Assembly: GCA_964106645.2 (NCBI GenBank)
Contig: OZ067050.1
Direction: 5' to 3' (one strand)
From: Podarcis pityusensis
Taxonomy: Eukaryota
Length of the DNA stretch: 64,000 bases
A program made the translations under genes and the position numbers. This document shows positions 13,299 through 26,720 of the stretch, in pieces; the stretch's first letter is position 1, and every line of letters starts with the position of its first letter. Under the pieces are notes generated by a model. That model saw only the letters and a program-made list of their open reading frames with translations, was not told the origin of the DNA and searched no databases.

Positions 13299-13385
13299 CA
13301 GTGCAGCCCTATCCATACATATCCAGAAGTAGTTCCCGTTGAGTTCAATGGGACTCTCAGGGATGTGTGTCTAGGACTGCACTCT
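13299..13385. mobile_element. MITE family A copy
   Basis: CAGTGCAGCCCTAT...GAAGTAGTTCCCGTTGAGTTCAATGGGACT...TAGGACTGCACT. Confidence 0.7.
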
Positions 13386-14148
13386 TCCAAAAGCAAGAGG
13401 CAGAGAAAAGGATGCAGATAATCGCATAAGAATTTATGTTTGCTCCCGATTTCTGCCTTCTACCTGTACCCAAGTCAAATAACAGAATGGATCTTCCAGA
13501 GGTACTAATGGCGGAAATGAGGAGTTTAAGCCCATATTATGTTGCTAAAAACTGTTTTAATTCGGATATAGGAGGGGACTTTTTTGTATTTTTTTTTTTT
13601 TTAAGTACCCGGCCACAGGCACTAGAAGCAAAAATAAAACAGGACCTCGATTCCACCAACCTGAGCACTTTAAAATGCCATTTAGTTCAACGGGAGAGAT
13701 TTAGGCACCTGCTTCATTCCATCAATAAAACCAACGGGACTTAAACTGTAATCCTATCAATACCAACCTGTGAGTAAGCCCCACTGAACACAGTGCGAGT
13801 CATGTATGAGACCGCACTGCATAGTGATCTTAACTTTGGCTGTAGGATGCCATAGGTGTCTCTGCCTGTCTCGCTCTTACTACACTCCCACCCACCCACA
13901 TAATGTTCATTATTATATCTCTCTTTGCCCAACAAGGCATCATTTCATGGTGCAAAAGTGGTTGCTGAATTGTCTTGAGTTTGTTCCACCCCCCACCCCC
14001 TTTAAAAAGCACTGTAATCTGGATTAAAACACCAAAGAAAAATACCGCCCCTAGTCTTCTTGATTTAAAAATAATAGAAGCTGGCGGGTTTACGATTGTT
14101 TAAAACAACTGGTTTTAAAAAGCAGTTTCGCTGTTTTAACTATAAGGT

Positions 14149-14187
<39 letters not shown>

Positions 14188-14426
14188 TTACCAGAAGAGA
14201 AAAGGAGAGGGATTAAAATCTGTGAAAGGATTTTAATTAAGAAAATTAAATGAAAAGGGGGCACAAATGAGTTGTCTTGAGGGGAGGGGGGAGAGAGCGC
14301 GAGCAGGAAGCAAAGCAAAGCTATTCTAAACGATTAAATCGCCATTTTAACAGTGTAATGGGGTTTGCATACTGAAAGAAGGGGGGGAACGGTCCTTATA
14401 GCTCATCAATAATTCATAGGAACTCG

Positions 14427-14443
14427 GGATCATTCCCAGGTCA
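14427..14443 (+). promoter_or_regulatory. DR5 RARE, likely orthologue of the Hoxb5 3' distal element (DE-RARE)
   Basis: GGATCA-ttccc-AGGTCA. The unusual GGATCA first half-site and the position between Hoxb5 and Hoxb4 match the mammalian DE-RARE as I recall it. Confidence 0.85.
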
Positions 14444-16723
14444 GCAGACAGAGAGGTAAAGAGCAGCATCTATATAGGAGAACCAGCTCTTCTTCTCCCT
14501 CACCCCACCCCCGCCTGCCCGCCCCAAATCAAAATGCAATGGGTGACTCGTCCTCAAGTACTTGGGGGAGAGTCTCGCTTTAAGGCTCATGTTTTAGTGG
14601 TCTTTCACAACCCTCCACGCCTTCTGTAAGCTCTCCTTCCAAATTTCCACAATTCGGAACCACATTCGGTTTGTTGAAATTAAAACGAAGCAAAAAAACA
14701 AAAAACAAAACCACGCCACAACTGCAATTAAGAACAAACGAACGAGCACCCATTCTGATTTGGCCAAGTATATGCAGACAAGAACATAGTCGAGAGGAGG
14801 GGTGGCATGGCCTGGACAGGAGCTAATCTCAAACATTGTTTTCTGGGCAGCCCCTGGCAAGCCGCTGTCACTCAGCGTTAGTCTCCCTCCAGTCTGTAGA
14901 AAGGAGAACAACGATGATAGCCTGGGATGTTGTTGAAAAGGTGAGAAGTGAAAAATACTTTGCGGGGGGGGGGTGTTAAGGGGAGAAGATATAGCCTGCT
15001 AGGTGACATTGAGAAGCAAGTTTTCATAGCTGTTTTATCCCCACACGTATTGTTAGAAGAGGAAACGAATATCACCACTTTCCTGACTGCTTCAAACACG
15101 CTTCAAAATATTCATAGGAGCCATTCCCAAGCAAATAGAGGTGGTAGAGATGATACCAACTAGTACTTGAGTTTGCTTGTTTTCTTCTTCCCTCCTCCTC
15201 TATTTTTCCTCACCATTGTAAACCGCTTTGACTGCATTGGCGTTGCTTTATAAATGTGTTGGTTGGTTGCTTGCTTAGATGGACGGACAAAAGAAAGAAG
15301 TAAGACTGAGGTATCGTTTATATGAGATTATATATTTATTACTCCCTAATAAATCATTTGACCTATAGAAACACGTTGCCGACTTGGTTTCTGGGGGATG
15401 AAGGTTTGATCAGATGACATGATAGTACCAACATCTGTTAACAGGGTAATTGATCAGCACGTGCATATTCTTCATCCAAAGGTCATAGCCCTCTGTTCCA
15501 TCCACACATGAAATAAACGTTAACTTTGAAGATGACAGTTTTGATTTGTGTCTCATAAGAAATCAACAGCTCCTGAACAGTTTTAATGCTCTTTCCCAAG
15601 TATATCACTTCGTCTCACAGCCCCAAATTCATCCATATATATGTGTGAGGGGTGAGTGTCTTAAAGGAATTTAGATCTTCCTTCCATGATTCTGTCTTTC
15701 CTCTCTTGGGCTGCTTTATTTAAAACAACAACAGTGCAACTGAGAATGAAATGTTCATTCTGCTTTGCTAGATCAGGGGAGGCAATTACGTTACAAAAAG
15801 GGCGCAACTCTTGGGTGCTTCCCCACGGTTGCCATACTCAGAGTAGACCCACTAAAATCAGGGGACTTGAGTAATTTAAGTGTTTATACTGAGTGTGGCT
15901 CAATACACCTCAAAATATTGCATCTCATGAAGGGGGTTCTTGCATGTTCCGTGGTTGCACCCAGAACCTAAGCCCAAGTGAAATGCCTCTCAACTAAGAG
16001 TGCGTAGGATTGCAACCTAAGCCAGTTCAGCTCTGTACTCTAAAGGGCCCCAGCTCCGCAAGTTTTTTATTTCGGGTTGTTGCTGTTCCTGACTTGGGTG
16101 CAAACTAACACTACCTGATCTTCTGTGATTTATTAAAACACGGTTTAATGAAGGTCCTGCTGCTGTTTCGCAGATGGAGGCACAAAAAAAGGCAAACTTC
16201 CCTTAAAATAAACTCTGCGAAGTATTATATCGGTGTGCGAAAGAGGGGGGTGGGGTAGCGAGATTGGAATGGGGGGGGCGGAAATCTCAAAAGCTTGTAA
16301 CAACTCGGTATAACCAGCAGAGCCCGCTTCAGACCAATCCACCGCAGCTATCCAGGGTCACTTCCTGAGCCTTTCTGGCGAGCTCTTTGAAGAAGTCTTC
16401 ATTTATCCCCCTGGAAGCTTCGCCCAAATGCACGGCGAGCCCCGCCCTCCCCACTGCGGGGTGGGGGGAGCCGCAAGCCACCTTCTGCAACCGTGCAGCA
16501 CTAAAACGGCGAAAACAGGGGGCTCAACTATTGCAGCGGGTAACCCTCAAGTTGGCAAATAAAAGAAAGACTGGTTCTCAAGGCGTCGAGCCCAGCTGTC
16601 CTTTTCTTCGCGTCCCCTCCCCACCCCCCAGCACGCAGCACGCTTTTAAAGTGTGGTTTGGGAGGAGGGGGTGGATATAGGGATTGGAGGTGGGTTGCAA
16701 ACGCTGAGTAAAATGAGGGGAAA

Positions 16724-16758
<35 letters not shown>

Positions 16759-17507
16759 TCTGCGCAGGTTCTGAAGACTAGGAGAGGTGAATATGGTCGT
16801 TGGTAGATTGGATAGAACGCCATTATAGCTCCGAGGGGTCAAAAAGGCGAGGGTCAAAAGTTTAGGCGGTGCGAGACCGGGTCTTGTGTTTGAGGCTGAT
16901 AGACTGGATGTCAGTGCTAAAGAGGAGAGGGAGGGGGGAGGGGAGGGGAGGGAGGGGATGATGGTGTAGCGTGGGGGGAGGGGAAGAGACCTTGCTTGTT
17001 TACTGGCTAGAGATGAGAGAATACGATCGCGAGGTAAGAGTTAGGAAGTGTAGAGAGAGGCGACTCAAAATGTTACAGAGCTGTTGTCTATGCAAGGGAG
17101 ACAAGGTGGAGCTGGGAGGCTGGGGGCAGGCAGGTTAGCTGGGATGATGAGGTGGTAGCATTTGGAGCTTGATATTGGGGGTGCCTTGGATCGATCGATC
17201 TCTCTTTCTAACTAAATACTGTACTGAACAGTTTGGACTCAGTGCCGCAGGCAGTTCTTCCTGGGTAAGGGCCATTAGAGTGAATGGAACTACGCAGGAT
17301 CGGGGCAATGCCTTCATTCATTCACCACAATGGCGTTTGCGCATAAGAGCTTTCTGCTGGATCACAACCTTCTAGTCGGCGCAGAATTAGAACACACACG
17401 TTTGTTCTTTTGAACAGTTTCTTTTTCTGTACAAGCTCTTTAACTGCTGTAATCATCTATGTATACTATAAATTAAAGAGCTATAATATATTAATTCAAT
17501 AACGTGG

Positions 17508-17550
<43 letters not shown>
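17508..17550. repeat. (ATT)n microsatellite
   Basis: Directly visible. Confidence 0.95.
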
Positions 17551-17551
<1 letters not shown>

Positions 17552-20500
17552 AGCATAATAAATCCTTGCTACACAGCGAACATTTATAACGTAATATTTT
17601 AATTAAAATAATCTTTGTAATCTTCCACACATCCCCATGGGGAAAATAATCACTGAACCAAAGTTGGACGGGTGTTCCCAGGGTAAAGATGTATGCTTTT
17701 CTGAAATCAAATAACTATAAAAATACGTATCACGTCATTAAAATGAATAATAAACAAAGGAATTGGAAACAATATAGGATGTGTCAAAGAATGCTTCTAA
17801 AAGATTTTATCATAAGCTCCAAGCTGTAGGGGATTTGGGGCAGAGTCCAGCATCCATTTCCCATATGCAAACAAACCCTGTTGATTTTTTTAAAAAAACT
17901 ACCTCGGTTTTGCTCAGCGCCCATTCATTTCGGTCTTGCGAAGGATAAATTTCAGCCTTAATCCTCTAGTAATATAGGATGTGAAGCATCCCGGAAGTTC
18001 TCCTATGCAACTTCCTGTTGGGGTGTTCTGTAAAGTTTTACGGATTAACTATCAGGGATTAATGGGTTAATAACTATGACTTTGTCTTTTAGGGAATTAA
18101 TTGCTGTAGAGACTTTGCCTTTTAAAACTGGAAAGCAGTACTAACACTGTCTTAAAATAAATTGTCGGATACTATCTTAACCTTGGATCTCCCACAATAC
18201 TGATGGGTTCTGAGCTTGCTTATTGTCAAGGCATTTGGAATCTGGGGTTTGTTTCACTTTATTATATTCATTTTCTTTAGATAATCATATACTGTCCTTC
18301 AACGTCAGAGTATTCGAAGAGAGACTATTCCATATTCCCGAATTTGATTAATAACATTTAATACGTTTACTTTTCCTTTTGATAAAAAGCGCCTTTTGTT
18401 TAGTCGATTGCAAATCATCTCACATTTAGGAGGGATTGTCCACTTGCTTCAGGATCCTCTTAAATTAAGAAGATAACTGAAGTTAAGAGTCTTAACGGTG
18501 TCTTCACAGAGGCTTAGCAATGCAGTGGTAATTAACCGTTTTCTGCTCATTAATACATTGCTCAGTCAAACGGCTGAGAGGAATCGAATATTCGATTGGC
18601 TGACAGATTTAATTTCTAAAACTCTGTTGCAAAAGTGTTAGGGCATGCACCTCCTCTGAATTGATGCGTGTGTGTTTGTGGATCATTCCTCATCCGAATT
18701 ACTGGTGCAGAATATATTCGGCAACAATAAAGAACGAACCAGGCCGGATTAAAGTCGACAGTAAAATAAATAAATAAATCATTTTAATTTCGAATGAAGG
18801 GGTTGATCTCAGCGGTTAGGATAATGGTACAGTTGGAAGGGAAATTTATGAAACCATTCTAAGTACACACACACACACACGCAGACCGCAGAAGCACCTG
18901 AGCTCCTGTTCTTCCTTTCTTATAACTCTCCTGTTCAACATTTAGCGGATTAAATTGAATTTAGCGTCAGTAAATTCTATATGAGGAACAGTTCCCCCCG
19001 CCTTGTTGCACGATGTAGGTAGAAAGGAGCGATTCACTGCAGAACCTCCATGAATCAGAACCACGTAGTTGGCTACCAGCTAATTTATTTGTGCTCAGAT
19101 CCTAAACATGTTGACTATCAAAAGCAAGCCCCACTGAAAAGAGTGAAATTCGTTTACAATAAAGCATGTTGTAGGATCTGGGATATAAAGTCCTGTTAAA
19201 GGTCAGGAAGACCCTATTGTTTTAAGTGTAAATATTTAGAACCAGGGGTGACAAGTTGCTGTTTTACCCTAGTTGCTTGGGCGTAAGCTTCGGACTAAGT
19301 CCAAACCCAAGTGGTTAGGATGGAGGTTTAAGCAGAGTTACTGAGTTGTAAATTGCGTTGTCCCTAATTTGGAGTAAGAGGTTTAAGGGGGTTGTAGTTC
19401 GTGTGTTTAAAGGCACACCCGATCCTAAGCAAGAGGGTATTTCTACATCCAAAATGCATTTCTTGAGAGGTGCGTCGCATAGAAATGGTTGGTTTCCATA
19501 TATCTCCATTCGGATATCTAATCCCAAATTGGTTGAAATGCAAAAGCAAAAAATTATAATATTAGCATTTCAAGGTGTGTATTTGCGTGCGTACTCTCCC
19601 ATAAAGCAACACAGGTTAATTGTAACGAACTCTTGAGGCTTTTTTTGCTTGGTATTTATGAAAGATCACTATAAACGGGCTACATTTTAAGCGTAACTTG
19701 GGCGATCCATCTCTAGGCTTCTCTAATTACTACAGTTATCTCTGAAGCGCAGTCATCACCGCTCCAGGTTTGTGCAATAATAAGGGAGGGAGAATGTGAG
19801 TGGGTAACAACTCCGTTTGTTTTCAGAAGGTTAAAATCATCTCGGTATGAATTTTCATGGCTCACACAAGCACACGCTTCCTTTGCTCCCAGTACAGATC
19901 CCCGTGTATCTTACCGTTTAAGAGTCAATTTGCCACCATAGCCTAGCCCTCTATAGGAAGAGCCGTTAGGGATAAAGAATCCGAGAGAACAAGGGGATAA
20001 GCTGCTATTGGACGAGCTTTAAAACCCGTTGGTGGCGAAAATGAGAGCGAGAGGTTATTTCTACGAGTCCGCCCCCCACCCAAGACAATCCATGTAATGA
20101 GTTATTAATAGAAATAATTTAATGCCAATTGACTTTTCGATAGACTTCTCATGCCATGCCTCTGTCAAGTGCAGCAGGTAACCTGCTCTACAGCACACCG
20201 TGTGTGTGTGTGTGTGTGTGTGTACCTGTAGAATAGATGGTGAACAATACATACATCGAACAATAGGCAGCTACGGGCCTGGAAAGCTCAAGCCTTCACA
20301 ATCCATTACATTCTTGAAGCTAGACCTTTGATGAGTTAGGGTAACACCTCTGGTGGCTTCAAAGGTAGAGTTTCTTCCCAACAGATTTCCTTCCGGAATT
20401 ACTTTAACTGGGAGAAGGGAGGGGGAATATATGACATAAGCGTAGGTGACATTCAGCCGCAGTTTTGCTCGTGATGGGAAAAGGCACAGAGATTTCGGAA

Positions 20501-21049
20501 CATGTACTTTTTTCCCTCCCTCCCCCTTTGAATCCCCGTATCATTTCTCCGTATTGTGTTTTATTCAGTGGTCGTTGTTTCTTTTCTTTTTTTCCGGTGG
20601 GAGGGAATAGATCCTATGAATGTGTGAGGAAAGTGTGTTTAAGTTTGAATTTGGAAGGAAAAAAGTTTTGGTCCCGAAGCCAAAAAAAGGGGGGGGCACA
20701 TCAGCTGAACAATAATTTATGCATGTGTTTATTTAATGCATATCTAGATGCACGCATAAACAGGCTCAAGTGACGTGCACATATTCGTAAATTCATCTAT
20801 CTATCTGCACACGCGCGCGCATATGTCCTCGCACATTTCTCTTTTGCATAAGCATCTACTGGCCAAAGAGCAACTTACAAAGAGACTGAAAAAAGTCGCA
20901 GGCGCTACAGAGAGGAAAGCCTGCATTAAAATTCCTTGCCGTGGCATTTCCCCCACCCCTCCAAAGTAATGACCTGGGTAAAATTCAATATGACCGAGAG
21001 AACTATGCAAGCGTATTATAGAAAATGCAAGAGGGAGAGCCCCGGAGTG

Positions 21050-21066
21050 GGGTGAAACTCAGGTCA
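21050..21066 (+). promoter_or_regulatory. DR5 RARE, likely Hoxb4 upstream (B4U) RARE
   Basis: GGGTGA-aactc-AGGTCA, the RGGTGA-N5-AGGTCA form typical of Hox4 5' RAREs. It sits in a non-repetitive block (~20920-21160) upstream of miR-10a. Confidence 0.88.
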
Positions 21067-24009
21067 GCGCGTCTAACAAATATTAAAATGTTGGAGGCGC
21101 TGGGGACACGCCTAGCTGTTTAACAAAGACTGACAAAGTATGGAGATTAATACGAAAACTTGCGGGTATCCGAACCGAAAACGCTCAGTTAGGCCTACGG
21201 CTCCCTGCAAGCTGGTAGCCAGCTATTCCTTAGGCTTTAAAAGGCAATCGCAGTGGGAGGGGGAGGAAAGGAAAAGGAAGAGATTTCCTATCGTGGAAAA
21301 AAAATAATCTTTGACATGGAGGAAGGAGAGATACGACGGAAGGATCCAGTTTTCCGGTTGGTGTTTCGGGTTCTTTTTATTGTGGTTGTGGCTGGACCGC
21401 TTGGGAAAGGCTGCTGCGTTTTGTATCCTGTCTTGCACGGGATGATTATTTTTAACTGCGCGAACAAGGGGAGGGGGGTTGTAAACGCTTCAGTTTTTGT
21501 ACCTTGGGGAAAGTGTGTGGGGAGGGGAGGTATAAGAGTTGAAGGAGAAGACCTCCAGGCTTTTTATGCTCTCAATCCAGAGAAGGGTGATGTGATTGCA
21601 AAAAAAAGAGGCTCGATCCCTAACGCATTTCCTCGGAAGTAAGTCTATCCGTAGTAAACTGGAGCTGATCTGCTAGGTCGACGTGCAGAAAAGCAGCCTT
21701 GAACGCTGAGGCAGGCTCAGCAGTTACCTAGATGGGGGTCCTGAAAGTAATAGAGAGGGGAGAGGGAAGTTCTCCTGCACAAGCCCCCCCCCCTCATTGC
21801 GAGGAACCGGATTCACGCGGTGATCATACCCAAGGTAGCCAGAAGATAACAGTTATTAGTAGTAAAATAATATTTGCATATATTGGCAGGTGCTTTGAGT
21901 TTGATGTTGTGCGGGCATGGGGGGAACGGGACACACACATTACTGGGACACCCGAGTAGTGTCCGAAAGGTGTGCACCCTCTGTGGCAAGCAATTGCCCA
22001 GTCGTCCTTTCCTATCTGTTTGAACTTTATTGTAGTATGCAAACAATGTATTGTGGGTCCCATCTGCTTGGAAACTCTGTCGTTTTAGGGCTTCATTAAC
22101 TTGCCTCTTTGAAATGCAGAGAACGCCTGAGCTAAATCTGTCTTTGCAAACTTCCGAAAAGTTGAGACGTTTTTATTAGAGCAATCGAGAGTGACCAAAA
22201 CAAAACACGGATGGTTGGGAGGGTCGGGGGGGGGGGGAGGTGTATCTTTTGATTTGGGGACAGCAGGCTGTTGTCCATGCCTCTGTGTGTGCGTGGTGCG
22301 CGGGGGGGGGGGGCTTTTGGAGAGGGTGGAAAGAATCGAACATTTCTGCTAGACGCTAGGGGTGCTGGTGATACTAGGATGAAACCCCCCTTTGTCTATT
22401 TGCGCAAGGCATTCTAAAAAAGTGGCGGTGGCGCTTTAAATAAAAAAAATTATATATATAAATAAAAGAGTAGGCCTAGCTATTCGTTTTCCCGAAAAAC
22501 CCATGTCTTGAGACAAGACTGGATGGAATACAAATGAAACAGGAGAGGGCGGGGGAAATGAAAAATGGAAGCGATCAAGGTCAGGAGAAAGAGGAGAGCG
22601 GATGTCTCAAAGGTGTATAACTGGTATACCTTTGTGTCTGGTAGGCTTCGTGGAAGGAAAGTTCTTTCTCTTTCTCTCAGCGCACTGGAGTTGGCCTGCA
22701 ACTCTGGAAAAGTGCCCTTAGTCCTAAATTAGGTAATGATTCCCACTGAAACAAATTATTCCGAGTATGGTGTGCTTTCAAGTCGGACTTGTCTCTGTTC
22801 TTAGTAGACAAATCTGAAGCTGCGATCCCGAATTTTCTGTGTTGTCGCCCGACAATATATTAGCCCCACTTAAACAACCGGGGCAGTTATGGGTTCCCCT
22901 CGCCCGACCGGGGTGGCGCACTTTACAAATAAGTTGCGACATATTAGTTGAATTAAACGGTGACCTGGTGAAATGCATGGGAGGTGGGGGTGGTTGAATC
23001 CCGGGAACCTCGTTACTGACTTGAAAGCAAGCCCTATTGAAACCAGCAGCTCTTACTTCCATGTAAATACGTTCAGGTTCGGGATGCCCGTGTTGGAAAA
23101 CTGATGCCTTCGGTGCTGGAGGGTGTGCTCGCACGGACCATTACCTGGAAGTTGGAGATTTGGATTCCAGTGGCATGGACTCTCGGGGGTATAGGCTTAA
23201 TATGGCATTATGAATTAAAACACAAACGCCTTGTCTGTTATCTAACCAGCATCTGTTGTTGTAGGCAGCGGGTGTAGAGACATGAATTAACGCAGCCTTC
23301 GTGCCACGGGTTTGGTTGTTTGGGGGAGGAAGGGGGCCAACAAGAAGAATGTCTGAGTTGCTGCTTTGACTTTTTCCAAACTATTTTTTGACTCATGTGG
23401 GAGGCTGGTCTCGAAACACGTGCGTTTCTTCCTCCTTTGCTCCCCGGCTAAACGGTTTAAAACAGTAATACCAATAACCTCTTGCCTATGGTAGTATATT
23501 CGAGACATAGGAGAAACGAAGTGTCCTCACTAATAGGGCCATAATCTATTGCTCTGCTCTGATACAGTTTCATCCAGCGTGAAGACACCTCATAGGTAGT
23601 CCAGTGTCAACTGCTGACACTGTTCTACCTGACGAAGAATTATGTGTAACCCGAAGGATTCCCTATTCCTACACTAAGATAATATTGGGACCGCTTCCTT
23701 TCTTTAATTTTTTAAAAAACCGCAACACGAATTCCAACGCGTCTCATTTTTCCAGACCAGCAGCCTTAACAGCTATCTACATAGAACCGCGCTGCTCCCG
23801 ACTTCCTGCCGCAAAAGGTTCATTACTTACACAAACTGCATATTTTATTGCTTTATATCCCCCTTTTTTCGGAAATGAAATTCCTTTGATCCTCCCCCAT
23901 TCCTCTTCCCTAGGGTGAAAAGGGATGGAATTGCCCTATGTGTGTTGGGGGAGAGCCACACCCTGTTTTCCTGTTTATATTTGTATTTTTTTTAAGATCT
24001 CCCTCCCTC

Positions 24010-24095
24010 CAATAAAATCATATACGTGCCTACTCAGAGTTAAGCCCCATTGCGTTCAGTGGGACTTACCCCTGGGTAAATGTGTGTTAGACAAC
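24010..24095. mobile_element. MITE family A copy, about 0.45 kb upstream of miR-10a
   Basis: CCTACTCAGAGTTAAGCCCCATTGCGTTCAGTGGGACTTACCCCTGGGTAA. Confidence 0.7.
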
Positions 24096-24520
24096 CAAAT
24101 TATCGGAATAAGCCTAATGTTATTCCTTATTACAACGAAATCGCGCGAACAGGGTCGTTTTAGTTCTAATTAAACGATAAATCTCACTGAAGTGGATTGG
24201 GAGTGACTTTGTTTCTGCTTAGATCCTCCAACAGACTTTCCTTCTTTCCTTCCTTCCCTCCCAACTTTTCTGGACTACCTTTCTGCAACAGTATTCCTTC
24301 TGCGGAGGAAGAAGCAACAGTGGATTACGCGACAGAGTTGGGCTAACAACCACTCGATTTTGCGACGCGTGTTGCAAGCAAATATTTCCAGACATACCTT
24401 CCTCCTGAAAAACGGATTATTTGTTTTTTATTTTATTTTATTTTATTTCGCCCACTTTTCCTCTTCGCTGTAAGCCAAAGCGGAAGACTTCTAGCCAAAC
24501 TCAAAGGAGAATATCTCTCT

Positions 24521-24606
24521 CTGTCTTCTGTATGTACCCTGTAGATCCGAATTTGTGTAAAAGAAGCTGCGTCACAAATTCGCATCTAGGGGAATATGTA
24601 GTTGAC
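24521..24606 (+). ncRNA. MIR10A: microRNA miR-10a precursor
   Basis: Mature 5p TACCCTGTAGATCCGAATTTGTG at 24535-24557 and complementary 3p arm CAAATTCGCATCTAGGGGAATA at 24575-24596. It lies 1.5 kb upstream of Hoxb4, the canonical position. Confidence 0.98.
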
Positions 24607-25849
24607 ACAAACGCTACGGAACGCATCCCTCAAGACGAAGAAGGAGGAAAAGAAAGGGAGGAAAAAAGGACGAAGCAAATCGTTAAAAGACTTTCCCTTC
24701 AAGGACTATTCCGTGTTGGTGGTGTGTTGTTTTAATGCCAGTGGGTCCCCCCGCCCCGCCCCCATCTTTTAAGCATCCAGACAGGTTGATTCAAATTATC
24801 GGGTATCTTCTGCGAAACAGGAAATTCACAGGGAGAAACAGAACAGTTCTTCCCTTCTGTGCTCAATATGCTTGCAGAAATTGTTCTAGAACCATGCCTT
24901 TCTGTAAATAGGGCTGAGAGAAAACAGGTCTCTAAAGATTACCTGTTTGGTGCCATCTGTGCGCAGGCGCCACTCAGCACTCAGAAGAGACAGGTCCCTG
25001 CCCCGAGGGCTTCCAAAAGGGGTGGATACATTGCGTCTTAATGAAAACGGACATTTAGGAGATAGATAGGAATATGCAGGGTATGTTCCCTTACTGCAAT
25101 ACTACTTTAAAAAGCTATTTATGCAACTGGATTTTGTTTTATCCATCGTATTGTAGACTAACCCTAACTCTTCCTGCTCCTCTGTCTCCACGCTTTTAAA
25201 AATGTATTTTCTCCTCCTGACCGGGGTGGGGGGAGAACCAGTCTAAACCAGAACCTGTCTTTTAAAGGGATGGGTAACCCGAATTAGTTAATGGCGTTTC
25301 TATCGATCTCAAACGAGCTCTATCTATCTTTGCCACCGGCCGGGCTCTATCACCAAAATTTAGGCAGGAGCTAGAAGATTAATGCATCATAAACCGAGGA
25401 GAATGTTTCCTTTCCTCCGCGTCTCCTATTTGTTCAGACTGCATGTGTTGTTATTTTGCTTTTTTACTTCGAGGCAAACTCTGCCATGGGGAACCGTGTG
25501 TGTACACTCTCACATGCACGCTCGCCAGAGTCGACAGTGATTTTAATTCAGTCAATGCACCGGGTGGGGGCACTTGGATTTTGTGGTGCCTTCTTGGCTA
25601 TGGGATGATAGATTTCTTCCGGATATGAACTTATGTAAATCCTGATATTTAAAAAGTAAATAAGGATAACTGTTCCGCAATGCGGAGTCCCACCTAGGTT
25701 CCTGAGTGCATTTATATGTAAAGTTAAGTCCAATTTACTTTAAAACAACCTGCTTCCAAGTTGACTATGTGCTGGCAACGGAAAGGCTAAAAGCGTCCTC
25801 CCCCCTCCTTCCCCCCTTCTTGATTATTTCCTTATCCGGGAATCCCAGG

Positions 25850-26100
25850 CAAACCTCTCCATTGGTTCCTGGGGTCACATGGACATCTAACTTTGTTCAG
25901 TTGACGGCAAAAGTAGGAGGGCTCTTCGAAACAGGAAAACGAGTGAGAAGGGGAGGGGAAGGAAGGGAGAAGGGGGAAGGGGAGGGGGCCCCGAAAGAAA
26001 TAGGAATAAATTTTAGTATATTTTTTGGGGTGTGCGTGTGTGTGAGTGAGCGGGAGTGTGCGTGCCGGCGCGCGCGCGCCCTTTTGCAATTCCAAAATTA
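25850..26100 (+). promoter_or_regulatory. Hoxb4 promoter / 5' leader
   Basis: CCATTGG (NF-Y/YY1-type), GTCACATGG E-box variant (CACATG 25876-25881), Hox4-typical TTGTTCAGTTGACGGCAAAAGTAGGAGGGCT..AAACAGGAAAACGAGT and AAATTAATG start context. Confidence 0.75.
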
Positions 26101-26521
26101 ATGGCCATGAGTTCGTTCTTGATCAACTCCAACTATGTGGACCCCAAATTCCCACCATGCGAAGAATATTCCCAGCACGATTACCTTCCCAGTCATTCTC
26201 CGGAATATTTCGGCGGCCAGAGGCGAGAGGAGAACTCTTTTCAACCCGAGGCGTTGTACCCAGCGCGGTCCGCCTGTAACCAACCATCCTATCCTCCATG
26301 TCAGGGCTCTGGGCACCCGGCATCGGTCCTGTCTCCCAGGAGCCAGCGTGTCCATGCTCCAGCTGGACTTCAAAACCATCTCTCCGAATCAAACCACACT
26401 TGCGAATCCATCACGCCAAGCCCACCGCCTTCCTGTAGCCAAAACTCTCTCAACCAAAGCCCGTCCTCTTGCAAAGAACCGGTAGTTTATCCTTGGATGA
26501 AGAAGGTTCATGTTAGCACGG
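26101..26521 (+). CDS. HOXB4: Homeobox protein Hox-B4, coding exon 1
   Basis: MAMSSFLINSNYVDPKFPPCEEYSQ ... KEPVVYPWMKKVHVST, phase-1 donor G|GTAAGT at 26521/26522. Confidence 0.98.
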
Positions 26522-26659
26522 GTAAGTGAACCTTAAAGTGCCGTTCGCTTTATACTAACCTGCACCTCAAAGTCTTGTTGGGAAGAAGAAGAAGAGAGAG
26601 AGAGAGAGAGAGAGAGAAAAGCTTATTGCCCCCGTTGTAAAAGAACCATTCCCCTTGGA

Positions 26660-26720
26660 GATTTATGGTCTCCCTGTTTGCAGAGCGCTATAATTACATC
26701 CTCCATAAATTTTTATTGCT
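26660..26720 (+). promoter_or_regulatory. HB-1 homeodomain-binding element in the Hoxb4 intron
   Basis: TAATTACATCCTCCATAAATTTTTATTGC (26691-26719), the conserved Hox4 intronic element, preceded by GATTTATGG. Confidence 0.85.

Noticed and set aside
16836-16864. Two GGGTCA half-sites
   Set aside because: The 9-nt spacing is not a canonical RARE and looks like a short local duplication.
20343-20357. Partial CTCF-like motif GCCACCAGAGGTGTT on the minus strand
   Set aside because: Lacks the GGC end of the core; too weak without ChIP data.
26056-26100. N-terminal extension of Hoxb4 in the ORF track
   Set aside because: Starts at GTG inside a GT repeat; the conserved start is AAATTA-ATG at 26101.
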